NCBI GenBank assembly: GCA_017445085.1
Contig: JAFSUT010000107.1
Span: 1-47,078 of the forward strand
Length of the DNA stretch: 47,078 nucleotides
Origin: Clostridia bacterium
GTDB taxonomy: Bacteria > Bacillota > Clostridia > Oscillospirales > CAG-272
Direction: 5' to 3'
Both the position numbers and the translations under genes were made by a program. Under the pieces are notes generated by a model, which worked only from the letters and a program-made list of their open reading frames with translations, was not told where the DNA came from and ran no database searches. Of the stretch, positions 1 through 8,775 are shown piece by piece. Within the stretch, counting starts at the first letter, position 1; each line of letters starts with the position of its first letter.

Positions 1-11
1 CGTTTTTTCAT
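1..11 (-). CDS. 5' end of a leftward gene cut by the window edge (Met-Lys-Lys...)
   Basis: ATG at 11..9 on the minus strand lies 6 nt downstream of GGAGAGGA (rc of 18..25). Fewer than 4 codons are visible, so no product call is possible. Confidence 0.3.
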
Positions 12-106
12 TTTCCATCCTCTCCGGAATATGCACACCGCAAATCGGATTTTTTTCGAGAAATCCGAAAGCAAGCGTACACAAACTCCACCGTAATTGT
101 ATAAAC

Positions 107-135
107 ATTATATAATGTCTGCCCGCAAATGTCAA
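107..135 (-). promoter_or_regulatory. sigma-A type promoter for the edge gene
   Basis: The minus strand reads TTGACA (135..130), 17 nt, TATAAT (112..107). The roughly 90-nt leader contains a 7-bp hairpin (46..67). Confidence 0.5.
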
Positions 136-192
136 ATCTGAATTTCCGGATTCTTTTTGCACGGATTTTTCATCTCCCGAAAGCAAAATCGG

Positions 193-230
193 TAAAAACG
201 GAGCGCCTGCGCAAAAAACGCAGGCGCTCC
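193..230 (-). terminator. rho-independent terminator downstream of the GH43-like gene
   Basis: A 12-bp GC-rich inverted repeat (GGAGCGCCTGCG at 200..211 and CGCAGGCGCTCC at 219..230) is followed on the minus strand by GTTTTTACC. Confidence 0.8.
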
Positions 231-240
231 GCCGTGAAAC

Positions 241-2319
241 TTATTTTACGGTCGCAAAATCGTGGACCGCCGAGAAAATCGAGGGCTGATTGTCCATGAT
301 CTTCAGTACGGTGTCCGTGCTGTACGGTCCGCCGTTCATATCAAAGGTCGTGCCGCTTAGCGTATAGGGCTGGATAAACACGTACCGCTTTGTCTTTGCC
401 GCGTCGATGTAGGCGTGGTAGATCATCCAGCGGTTGCCGGCGGCGTCTTTGGTAAACGCCGCGTGTCCCGGTCCGTAGACGCCGTTTTGGTGAACGAACA
501 TCGGGGTCTCGGATTTCGTCCAGTCGGTGGCTTTCAAAGGGTCGCCCCCTGTTTTGAGCACGAGCGCACCGAGGGCGTAATAGGTCGTCCAGTAGCCGCT
601 GCCCGTATACGTGACGATGATCGAGCCGTCGTCGGAATACACCTGCGTTGCCCCCTCGACGACCTCGGGATAGGAGGCGCCGGTGGTCGCATTGTACGCC
701 GCGCCGTGTTTTTCCCACGCATAGGTCGGCGTGTTGAAGATCACGGGCGTGCCCGAGATCTCATAGGGGTTTTTGAGGAGCGCGATGCTGTTGTTTTGCT
801 TGAAATTCGGCGTGCCGCGCCCGGTCTCGCTGGTCCACATCATATAGGTCTTGCCGCCGGCACGCAAAAGCGACTGCCCGATGCACCAAACGCTGTCGTC
901 CCCGATGACCGTTTTATACGGCAGATTGCTCTCCCCGGTCACGGGATGGACAAACGGCGCCGCGGTCGGGTCTTCGTTTGTCGAGCGGACGCAATACAAA
1001 CGGTGGTTGACGTTGTCGCCGTCGTCCGCCGAGAAGTAGAGCCACCAGCCGGCATATTCTTTGCCGAACTCGCTCTCTTCGATATAATGAAGTTCGGGTG
1101 ACCAGATATCTTTGGAATACATCCTGCTCGTATCGTTGATCTGCGCACCGCTCGGCGCCGTCCAGATCGGCACGCCGGTGGCGGTCGCCAGCCCGTCCAG
1201 CGTTGCCGATTTGTAGCAGCGGATCGGGTTGCCCGTGCAGACCATATAATAATAGCCGTCGCGGTAAATGACCCACGGGTCGGCGCCGGTGCGCAGCGGA
1301 TTGGTAAACTCGACCTCGGCTATGCCGCCGTTGGATTTAAGATTTTCCGCCATTTGCAAGGTGGAGTTTTCCCCGCCGCCGATCGACTCGATGAGCGGAT
1401 AGGTCCCGCCGCTCAAATTCAGGGAATAGGCACCGCTGAAAGCCGCCGAAGTATCTTGCAGACGGTCGATTTTTTTGCCGCTGACCTTACCGCCGTGGAT
1501 CTCGATCGAAAGATTTCCGCTGACGGTCGGAGCAGCGCCGATCTCGTTTGTCCCCGCACGCCCGACCGCGTAAAGCGAACTCATGATCGTGCCGCCGCTT
1601 ATGATGAGCGTGCTGTCGCCGCTTTGATTGTTCATGCCGGTCAGGGCGCAGACGTTGGCGGAAGAATCGGTTGCGGTAAAGGTGCCCTCGTTGATCACGA
1701 TCTTCGCATTGCCGGAGATGTTGCCAAACGGCGCCGCACCCGTGGCGCGGCGGTTGCCGCCGCGGAAATAGGAAAACTTGCCGCTGTTGACGGTCACGGT
1801 ATAATCGCGGGAAATGCTGCAATCTTCCGCGCGCATCCCCTCGGTGACGTTATAGCCGCCGATGAGAATGAGCGTCCCCACGGTTTTTACGCGGCTGCCG
1901 ACAGTAACGTCCTGCCCGCCGCACGCCAAAATCGCCGTCCCGGTCGGCGTGATCGAGATACGCTGCAAAACCGTCGGCCCCGAAAAGGTGAGCGACTCGG
2001 AAAAGGAGAGTGCGCCGAGCGGGAAATAGAACTTCCCGTCGGACGCCGTCAGCGTGACCGTCCCGCGCGACTTCGGCATAACGTACGCGCTGCCGAGTTC
2101 AAGTTTACTGCACAAAACGATCTGACCGTCGCCGTCGCCGAGCAGGGCGTACGCACGCTCTATCGTATTGACCGCGCTTTGGTAGGTGGCGCCGTCGTTT
2201 GTATCCGCGCCGCCGGACGACAGATACACGGTTTTTGACGCCGCGCTCGCCGTCACAAGGCAGAGGAGGAACACAAACGCCGGCACAAGGACGCGGCAGA
2301 TGTTCAAAACTTTCTTCAT
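241..2319 (-). CDS. secreted glycoside hydrolase, GH43-like C-terminal domain with a beta-helix-like Gly/Thr-rich N-terminal half
   Basis: 692-aa ORF with GGAGG RBS. Signal peptide MKKVLNICRVLVPAFVFLLCLVTASAAS. The C-terminal half carries GH43-type motifs DPWVIYRDGYYYMV, WSPELHYI and MIYHAY. Confidence 0.6.
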   Translation of the reverse strand: MKKVLNICRVLVPAFVFLLCLVTASAASKTVYLSSGGADTNDGATYQSAVNTIERAYALLGDGDGQIVLCSKLELGSAYVMPKSRGTVTLTASDGKFYFPLGALSFSESLTFSGPTVLQRISITPTGTAILACGGQDVTVGSRVKTVGTLILIGGYNVTEGMRAEDCSISRDYTVTVNSGKFSYFRGGNRRATGAAPFGNISGNAKIVINEGTFTATDSSANVCALTGMNNQSGDSTLIISGGTIMSSLYAVGRAGTNEIGAAPTVSGNLSIEIHGGKVSGKKIDRLQDTSAAFSGAYSLNLSGGTYPLIESIGGGENSTLQMAENLKSNGGIAEVEFTNPLRTGADPWVIYRDGYYYMVCTGNPIRCYKSATLDGLATATGVPIWTAPSGAQINDTSRMYSKDIWSPELHYIEESEFGKEYAGWWLYFSADDGDNVNHRLYCVRSTNEDPTAAPFVHPVTGESNLPYKTVIGDDSVWCIGQSLLRAGGKTYMMWTSETGRGTPNFKQNNSIALLKNPYEISGTPVIFNTPTYAWEKHGAAYNATTGASYPEVVEGATQVYSDDGSIIVTYTGSGYWTTYYALGALVLKTGGDPLKATDWTKSETPMFVHQNGVYGPGHAAFTKDAAGNRWMIYHAYIDAAKTKRYVFIQPYTLSGTTFDMNGGPYSTDTVLKIMDNQPSIFSAVHDFATVK

Positions 2320-2525
2320 AAGACGTGTAAAACCTCCGAACTACGAGTTAGATTTACGGTTTTATTATAGCATAACGGAATAAATGGTGTCAATCCGCAA
2401 TCTCCTCAAATTCCGCCCGAATTGTTCCGGATTTCAAACGAAATCTGCAGATGCGTTTGTATTTTTCACTTTTGTTGAATATTCTGCAAAAAAGAGTTTT
2501 TTTTTGCGTGAAGTTGTGTTATACT

Positions 2526-2534
2526 ATATTTTGT
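2526..2534 (+). promoter_or_regulatory. possible extended -10 promoter (TGtTATACT) ahead of the glycogen operon
   Basis: TGTTATACT at 2526..2534 lies about 30 nt upstream of the 2566 ATG. No good -35 element is present. Confidence 0.3.
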
Positions 2535-2565
2535 ATAACTTATTATTTAATGCAGAGGCGACTCC

Positions 2566-3033
2566 ATGAAAAACGACTACAAGATTGCCAATATTTATAT
2601 CGACAAATCAGGCACCCTCTACGGCGCGCCCTTCGGCAGGTCGGAGAAATACGGCAAACGCCCGATCGACCGCCTGTTTTTGCTGATGCCCGGCTACAAC
2701 GACGCCGCGCTTTGCGCATTTGTAAACCGTCTGTTTGACGTCTGCAACAGTGAGGACGCAAGAGACGATATGCCGCCGAGCATCCAGACCTATCTCAAAG
2801 CAAAATCGTACGGCGACGCCATCCGCAACCTCGGGCTTCTCGTCGCCTTTTACGCCCCGGATGAGGGATACGCGTTTACACCGGCGTCCAACACGGGGGA
2901 GCGCGGCTTTGCGATGCAGGAGGACAAGAGCGTCGAACTCCCCGCCGACTGCACGCAAAAAGAGATGGCAAGCGCACTCAAGCGCGCCATCGCCGCCGTC
3001 CGCATCGGCGCCGACCGAAAAGAAACCGATTAA
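2566..3033 (+). CDS. hypothetical 155-aa cytoplasmic protein, first gene of the glg operon
   Basis: The ORF has ordinary composition, AGAGG upstream, and ends 5-14 nt before glgB. I recognise no motif. Confidence 0.5.
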   Translation: MKNDYKIANIYIDKSGTLYGAPFGRSEKYGKRPIDRLFLLMPGYNDAALCAFVNRLFDVCNSEDARDDMPPSIQTYLKAKSYGDAIRNLGLLVAFYAPDEGYAFTPASNTGERGFAMQEDKSVELPADCTQKEMASALKRAIAAVRIGADRKETD

Positions 3034-3047
3034 AGGATATGTTTGCA

Positions 3048-4922
3048 ATGAAGAAAAAAAACGACGACCTTGCCAAATATCTTTTTTTGGAAGGCACAAA
3101 CTATCACACCTATGATTATCTCGGCGCACACGCATGCGACGGCGGCGTCGTCTTTCGCGTTTGGGCGCCAAACGCCGACCGTGTCTTTTTGGTCGGCGAT
3201 TTTAACGGCTGGGACGAAAGCTGCCCGATGGAAATTGCAGACGGCGTCTGGACCTATACGCTGAAAGACGCTGCGTTTGCGCGCGGCGCCGTCTACAAAT
3301 ACAAGGTCGTCCGCGGCGACCGTGCCGTCTACAAAGCCGATCCTTACGGCACCTTTGCGGAAGTGACGCCCGCCACCGCCAGCCGCTACTACGAGATCGG
3401 CGGCTACGAGTGGAAAGACAAACCGTGGATGGACGCCCGTATGGCGGCAAAGAACGATTTTTATAACCGCCCGATGAACATCTACGAGCTGCACGCAGGC
3501 TCCTGGCGGCGAAACGCCGACGGCAGTTACTACACCTATGAAAAACTCGCAAAAGAACTTATCCCTTACGTCAAGGATATGGGCTATACGCACATCGAAC
3601 TGATGCCGATCGCCGAGCATCCGTTTGACGGCTCCTGGGGTTATCAGATCTGCGGCTACTACGCGCCGACGTCCCGCTTTGGCACGCCGCACGACTTTAT
3701 GGCGCTGGTCGACGCCGCCCACCGTGCCGGACTCGGCGTGATCCTCGACTGGGTGCCCGCACACTTTCCGAAAGACGAGCACGGACTGTACGAGTTTGAC
3801 GGCGCCCCGCTGTACGAATATCAGGGCAAGGACCGTATGGAGCACAAATCCTGGGGAACGCGCTGCTTTGACGTCGGGCGCAACGAAGTCGAATGCTTTC
3901 TCATTTCCAACGCGGTCTACTGGGCAAAAGAATACCACATCGACGGACTGCGCGTTGACGCCGTCGCCTCGATGCTCTATCTCGACTACGACCGGGGGGA
4001 CGGCGAATGGATCCCCAACAAGTACGGCACCAACCGCTCGCTGGAAGCCATCGCCTTTTTCAAAAAACTCAACTCCACCATGCGGCAATACCATCCCGAC
4101 GTCCTTATGATCGCCGAGGAATCCACCGCCTATGAAAACGTCACCCGCTTTGACGGCGACGGGCTCGGTTTTCATCTGAAATGGAATATGGGGTGGATGA
4201 ACGACGCCCTCGCCTACGCCGCGACCGACCCGCTTTTCCGACGGGGCAATCACTCCAAGGTGACATTTTCGATGATGTACGCCTTTTCGGAATACTACGT
4301 CCTGCCGATCTCGCACGACGAAGTCGTCCACGGCAAAAAGAGTTTGCTTGACCGCTTTCCGGGACTGTACGGGCAAAAGTTTGACGGAATGCGCACCTTC
4401 CTTTTATATATGATGTGCCATCCCGGCAAAAAGCTATCCTTTATGGGCTCGGAAAACGGACAGTTTTCCGAGTGGAATTACAAAGGACAGGTCGAGTGGT
4501 TTATGCTTGAATACGACCAGCACAAAAAACTGCACGCCTTTGTGCGCGACCTCAACCGCCTCTATCTTGCAGAGAGTCCGCTTTGGCAGATCGACAACGC
4601 GTGGGACGGTTTTGAATGGGTGGAGGTGGACAACGCGGACGAGAGCATCCTCGCCTTTCGCCGCATCGACCGTGCGGGCAACCGTGTGCTTGTCATCTTA
4701 AACTTTACCCCCGTGGAACGTCCCGCGCACAGTCTGCACGCACCCGAAAAAGCCACCTATTCCCTCCTCCTTGACACGATGGAGGAAAAATACGGCGGCT
4801 ATCGCAAAGCCGCCCCTGCAAAGCGCGCCAAAAAGCAGCCGGACGGCACCTACCGCCTTGCGGTCGACCTGCCCGCGCACGGCGGACTGCTCCTAAAAGA
4901 AAAGATCCCGACAGCAAAATAA
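3048..4922 (+). CDS. glgB: 1,4-alpha-glucan branching enzyme
   Basis: GH13 branching-enzyme motifs HIELMPIAEHPFDGSWGYQ, DWVPAHFP, GLRVDAVASMLY and MIAEEST. The ATG at 3048 has better spacing to AAAGGA (3032..3037) than the track start at 3039. Confidence 0.9.
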   Translation: MKKKNDDLAKYLFLEGTNYHTYDYLGAHACDGGVVFRVWAPNADRVFLVGDFNGWDESCPMEIADGVWTYTLKDAAFARGAVYKYKVVRGDRAVYKADPYGTFAEVTPATASRYYEIGGYEWKDKPWMDARMAAKNDFYNRPMNIYELHAGSWRRNADGSYYTYEKLAKELIPYVKDMGYTHIELMPIAEHPFDGSWGYQICGYYAPTSRFGTPHDFMALVDAAHRAGLGVILDWVPAHFPKDEHGLYEFDGAPLYEYQGKDRMEHKSWGTRCFDVGRNEVECFLISNAVYWAKEYHIDGLRVDAVASMLYLDYDRGDGEWIPNKYGTNRSLEAIAFFKKLNSTMRQYHPDVLMIAEESTAYENVTRFDGDGLGFHLKWNMGWMNDALAYAATDPLFRRGNHSKVTFSMMYAFSEYYVLPISHDEVVHGKKSLLDRFPGLYGQKFDGMRTFLLYMMCHPGKKLSFMGSENGQFSEWNYKGQVEWFMLEYDQHKKLHAFVRDLNRLYLAESPLWQIDNAWDGFEWVEVDNADESILAFRRIDRAGNRVLVILNFTPVERPAHSLHAPEKATYSLLLDTMEEKYGGYRKAAPAKRAKKQPDGTYRLAVDLPAHGGLLLKEKIPTAK

Positions 4923-4969
4923 AATCCGCGTTTTTTTACAGTAAAATCATCTATCGGAGGAACGGATAA

Positions 4970-6157
4970 ATGAATCAAAAAAGAAAAGAATGCGTTGCAA
5001 TGCTGCTTGCAGGGGGACAAGGCTCCCGCCTGTATGCGTTGACCAAATCCACCGCAAAGCCCGCCGTTACGTTCGGCGGCAAATACCGCATCATTGATTT
5101 TCCTCTTTCCAACTGCATAAATTCGGGCATCGACACGGTCGGCGTGCTGACGCAGTATCAGCCGCTGATGCCCAACGAATACGTGGGCAACGGTCTGCCG
5201 TGGGACCTTGACCGCACCTACGGCGGCGTCAAGATCCTCCCGCCGTACCAGGGCAACAAAAAAGCCGACTGGTACAAGGGCACCGCAAACGCCATCTATC
5301 AAAATATGGCGTTTATCGAGCAATACGACCCCGAGTACGTCCTGATCCTCTCGGGCGACCATATCTACCGTATGGACTACGAGGCGATGCTGCGCTTTCA
5401 CAAAAAGAAAAACGCCGACTGCACCATCGCCGTTTTGGAAGTCCCGATGGAAGAAGCAAGCCGCTTTGGTATCCTGACCACCGAGGCGGACGGCAAGATC
5501 TACAAGTTTACCGAAAAGCCGAAAACCCCCGACTCCAACAAGGCGTCGATGGGCATTTATATCTTCAATAAGCGCAAACTCTTTGAATATCTCAATAGCG
5601 ACGAGGCTGATGAAACCTCCGACAACGACTTTGGCAAAAACATCATCCCCGCTATGCTGGAAAGCGGCGAGCGGATGTTTGCCTATCCCTTTGAAGGCTA
5701 CTGGAAAGACGTGGGGACCATCGGGAGCCTCTGGGAAGCCAATATGGATCTGCTCGGCGCAAAACCCGCATTCTCTTTGAACGACGAGTCGCGCGGGCGC
5801 ATCTATTCGCGCTCCTCGGTCAGCGCACCGCAATACGTCGGGGACGGCGCCGTGATCTCCAACTCGATCATCACCGAGGGCTGCGAGATCTACGGCACGG
5901 TCGTAAACTCCGTCCTCTCTCACGGCGTCACCGTGGAAGCCGGCGCCGTCGTGCGCGACAGCGTCATTATGGCAAACACCACCATCGCCGCGGGCGCCGT
6001 CGTCACCTATTCGATCCTCGATGAAAACATCACGGTCGGACAAGGCGCGCATATCGGTGCGGAAAAAGCCGACGGCGTCGGCATCGCCGTCATCGGAAAC
6101 GGACACAACATCGAGCCGGGGCAAACGATCGCCGCCGGCGAAATGATCTCGGATTAA
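4970..6157 (+). CDS. glgC: glucose-1-phosphate adenylyltransferase, catalytic subunit
   Basis: N-terminal [36 protein letters not shown] plus a C-terminal left-handed beta-helix region; GGAGGA RBS. Confidence 0.92.
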   Translation: MNQKRKECVAMLLAGGQGSRLYALTKSTAKPAVTFGGKYRIIDFPLSNCINSGIDTVGVLTQYQPLMPNEYVGNGLPWDLDRTYGGVKILPPYQGNKKADWYKGTANAIYQNMAFIEQYDPEYVLILSGDHIYRMDYEAMLRFHKKKNADCTIAVLEVPMEEASRFGILTTEADGKIYKFTEKPKTPDSNKASMGIYIFNKRKLFEYLNSDEADETSDNDFGKNIIPAMLESGERMFAYPFEGYWKDVGTIGSLWEANMDLLGAKPAFSLNDESRGRIYSRSSVSAPQYVGDGAVISNSIITEGCEIYGTVVNSVLSHGVTVEAGAVVRDSVIMANTTIAAGAVVTYSILDENITVGQGAHIGAEKADGVGIAVIGNGHNIEPGQTIAAGEMISD

Positions 6158-6170
6158 GGGGGAATACGAT

Positions 6171-7298
6171 ATGAACGCGCTCGGACTTATTTTTTCCAAC
6201 ATTCACGACACCGCCGTCCCTGAACTTACGCGCCGCCGCGCCATCGGCTCCATTCCCTTCGGCGGCCGTTACCGCCTGATCGACTTTGCCCTCTCCAATA
6301 TGGTCAACTCGGATATCAACAAGGTCGGCGTCATCACCAACTACAACTATCAATCCTTGATGGATCACATCGGCACCGGCAAAGACTGGGATCTTGCCCG
6401 CCGCAGCGGCGGTCTGAAACTCCTGCCGCCTTACGTCACCGCGCCGGACGCCGCCGACCGTGCGTTTTCCTCCCGGCTTGAACTGCTCAAGGGCGCAATT
6501 GACTTTCTCACCCGCTCGGATGAGGAATACGTCATTATGACCGACTGCGACCGGGTCTGCACGCTGGACTATCAAAAGGTGCTGGATCGCCACATCACCT
6601 CCCGCGCCGATATGACGATCGTTACAAAGCGCGAAAAGGTCAACGCCGACGGCATCGGCAAAGAGATCCTCATTGACGCCGATATGCTCGGACGCATCAA
6701 CGACATTTCGGAGCACACCGGCGCAGACGAGGGATACCACAACGTCTCGATGAATATTTTTGTGATGAAACGCGCGTTTCTTCTCACGATGATCCGCAGC
6801 GCCATCGCCCACGGCTACCGCAGCTTTTACCACGACATCGTCGGCAAAAACCTCATGCACGCGGAATACTATATTTACAACTTTGAAGGGTACAGCGCCA
6901 CCGTTGACTCTCTGCCCGCGTATTTTGCTTGCAATATGGACATCCTGCGCCCCGAAGTGCGGCGGCAGTTGTTTGACGTTCCCTACCACGCGGTCTACAC
7001 CAAGGTGCGTTCCTCTGCGCCGACCAAGTATCTTGACGGCGCGGTCGTGAAGAACTCGCTCATCGCCGACGGTTGTATCATTGAGGGCACCGTGGAAAAC
7101 TCGATCCTCTTCCGCGACGTGCATATCGCCGCCGGCTGCGTTGTCAAAAACTCAATCTTGATGCAGGACACCATCCTCGGGCGCGACGTTTCGCTAAGTT
7201 GCGTCATCACCGATAAAAACGCCGTTATCCGGGACAGCAGAGTGCTTGTCGGGCACGAAACGCTTCCCTTCTATATTGACAAAGGAGCGATCGTATGA
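6171..7298 (+). CDS. glgD: glucose-1-phosphate adenylyltransferase, GlgD regulatory subunit
   Basis: GlgC paralogue (IPFGGRYRLIDFALSNMVNS) without the GGxGxR loop. It sits directly after glgC, as in Firmicutes, and overlaps glgA through ATGA. Confidence 0.85.
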   Translation: MNALGLIFSNIHDTAVPELTRRRAIGSIPFGGRYRLIDFALSNMVNSDINKVGVITNYNYQSLMDHIGTGKDWDLARRSGGLKLLPPYVTAPDAADRAFSSRLELLKGAIDFLTRSDEEYVIMTDCDRVCTLDYQKVLDRHITSRADMTIVTKREKVNADGIGKEILIDADMLGRINDISEHTGADEGYHNVSMNIFVMKRAFLLTMIRSAIAHGYRSFYHDIVGKNLMHAEYYIYNFEGYSATVDSLPAYFACNMDILRPEVRRQLFDVPYHAVYTKVRSSAPTKYLDGAVVKNSLIADGCIIEGTVENSILFRDVHIAAGCVVKNSILMQDTILGRDVSLSCVITDKNAVIRDSRVLVGHETLPFYIDKGAIV

Positions 7299-8737
7299 GA
7301 AAGATCTTATTTGTCGGCGCGGAGGCGCTTCCCTTTGCCGCCACCGGCGGCCTCGGCGACGTCCTCGGTTCTCTCCCCGCCGAAATTCAAAAGGCGGGCG
7401 GAAAAGACGTGGACGTCCGCGTTATTTTGCCGCTCTACCGCACGGTCAGCGACGTTTACCGCGCACAAATGGAAACCGTCTACACGGGGGAGATCTCCCT
7501 CGCCTGGCGCCGTTTGTACGTCGGCGTCCGCCGCCTGCACTACAAAGGCATCATTTACTATTTCATTGACAACGAGCAGTATTTCGGCAGAGAGGGCGGG
7601 CTGTACGGTCACTTTGACGATGCGGAACGCTACGCCTTTTTCTGTGAGGCGGTCCTCGCCGTGCTGCCAAACATCGGCTTTGTACCAAACATCCTGCACG
7701 CGCACGACTGGCAGGCTGCCATGAGCGTTGTCTACCTCAAACTCAAATACAGAAACGACCCGCGCTACACCGATATGCGCAGTATCTTTACCATCCATAA
7801 TATCGAATATCAGGGGCAGTACGACCCGTACATCCTCGGCGACGTCTTCGGACTCGGCAACGAGCATCTCGGCACGATGCTGTACGACGGCTGCATCAAC
7901 CTGATGAAAGCCGCCGTGGAATGCTGCGATTTCGTTTCCACCGTCAGCCCCACCTATGCCGGCGAGATCCAAAACCCCTATTTCTCGCACGGGCTGGACG
8001 CCGAACTGCGCAAAGAGAGCGCAAAACTCTACGGCATCCTCAACGGCATCGACTACGACCTGTATAACCCGGAGACCGATACGCTGCTCTGTGCAAATTA
8101 CAGCGCCAAAGCGCCGGCGAAGAAAGTGGAAAACAAACTTGCCGTCCAGCGTGAAATGGCGCTTGCCGAGCGCCGCGACGTCCCGATGGTCTGTCTGATC
8201 TCCCGCCTTGTCGCACACAAGGGGCTTGACCTCTTTTGCGAGATCGCGGAAGCTCTCCTGCAAAACGATATTCAGCTCATCGTCCTCGGTCTCGGCGACG
8301 AAAAATACGAAAACTTTTTACGCGATCTTGAATACCGCCACCACGACAAAGTGCGCAGTTTGATCCTCTACAATCGCGATATGTCAAAAAAACTGTACGC
8401 CGCCTGCGACATCTTCCTGATGCCGTCCAAAAGCGAGCCGTGCGGTCTTTCCCAGATGATCGCCTCCCGTTACGGCGCCATCCCCGTCGTGCGCGAGACC
8501 GGCGGTCTTTTCGACTCGATCAAGGGCTATTATGAGGCGGACGGCGTGCTGCACGGCAACGGCTTTACCTTTGCCAATTACGCCTCCGGCGAACTCCTCG
8601 AGCGCACCGAAGCCGCCATCGCTCTTTGGCGGGATCCGAAACGCCGCCGCGCCTTTGTCCAAAAGATCATGAGAACCGACTTTTCCTGGGGCGCATCCGC
8701 GCAAAAATATCTCGAAATGTACAACAGATTATTCTGA
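7295..8737 (+). CDS. glgA: glycogen synthase (ADP-glucose type)
   Basis: N-terminal MRKILFVGAEALPFAATGGLGDVLGSLP and a GT5 C-terminal motif (PSKSEPCGLSQM). Confidence 0.92.
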   Translation: MRKILFVGAEALPFAATGGLGDVLGSLPAEIQKAGGKDVDVRVILPLYRTVSDVYRAQMETVYTGEISLAWRRLYVGVRRLHYKGIIYYFIDNEQYFGREGGLYGHFDDAERYAFFCEAVLAVLPNIGFVPNILHAHDWQAAMSVVYLKLKYRNDPRYTDMRSIFTIHNIEYQGQYDPYILGDVFGLGNEHLGTMLYDGCINLMKAAVECCDFVSTVSPTYAGEIQNPYFSHGLDAELRKESAKLYGILNGIDYDLYNPETDTLLCANYSAKAPAKKVENKLAVQREMALAERRDVPMVCLISRLVAHKGLDLFCEIAEALLQNDIQLIVLGLGDEKYENFLRDLEYRHHDKVRSLILYNRDMSKKLYAACDIFLMPSKSEPCGLSQMIASRYGAIPVVRETGGLFDSIKGYYEADGVLHGNGFTFANYASGELLERTEAAIALWRDPKRRRAFVQKIMRTDFSWGASAQKYLEMYNRLF

Positions 8738-8775
8738 TCACTATTTTTATACCTAGCATAAGGAGTACCTGACCC

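Noticed and set aside
107-116. Palindromic ATTATATAAT could also act as a plus-strand -10 element
   Set aside because: There is no plus-strand -35 element and no plus-strand gene downstream, since the next plus gene starts at 2566. The minus-strand reading has a perfect TTGACA at 17 nt.
3030-6202. Long minus-strand ORFs (448 aa at 3030..4376 and 450 aa at 4850..6202) opposite glgB and glgC
   Set aside because: They are Arg/Gly/Val/His-rich shadow frames, typical of GC-rich coding DNA. They have no RBS and recognisable enzymes fully occupy the opposite strand.
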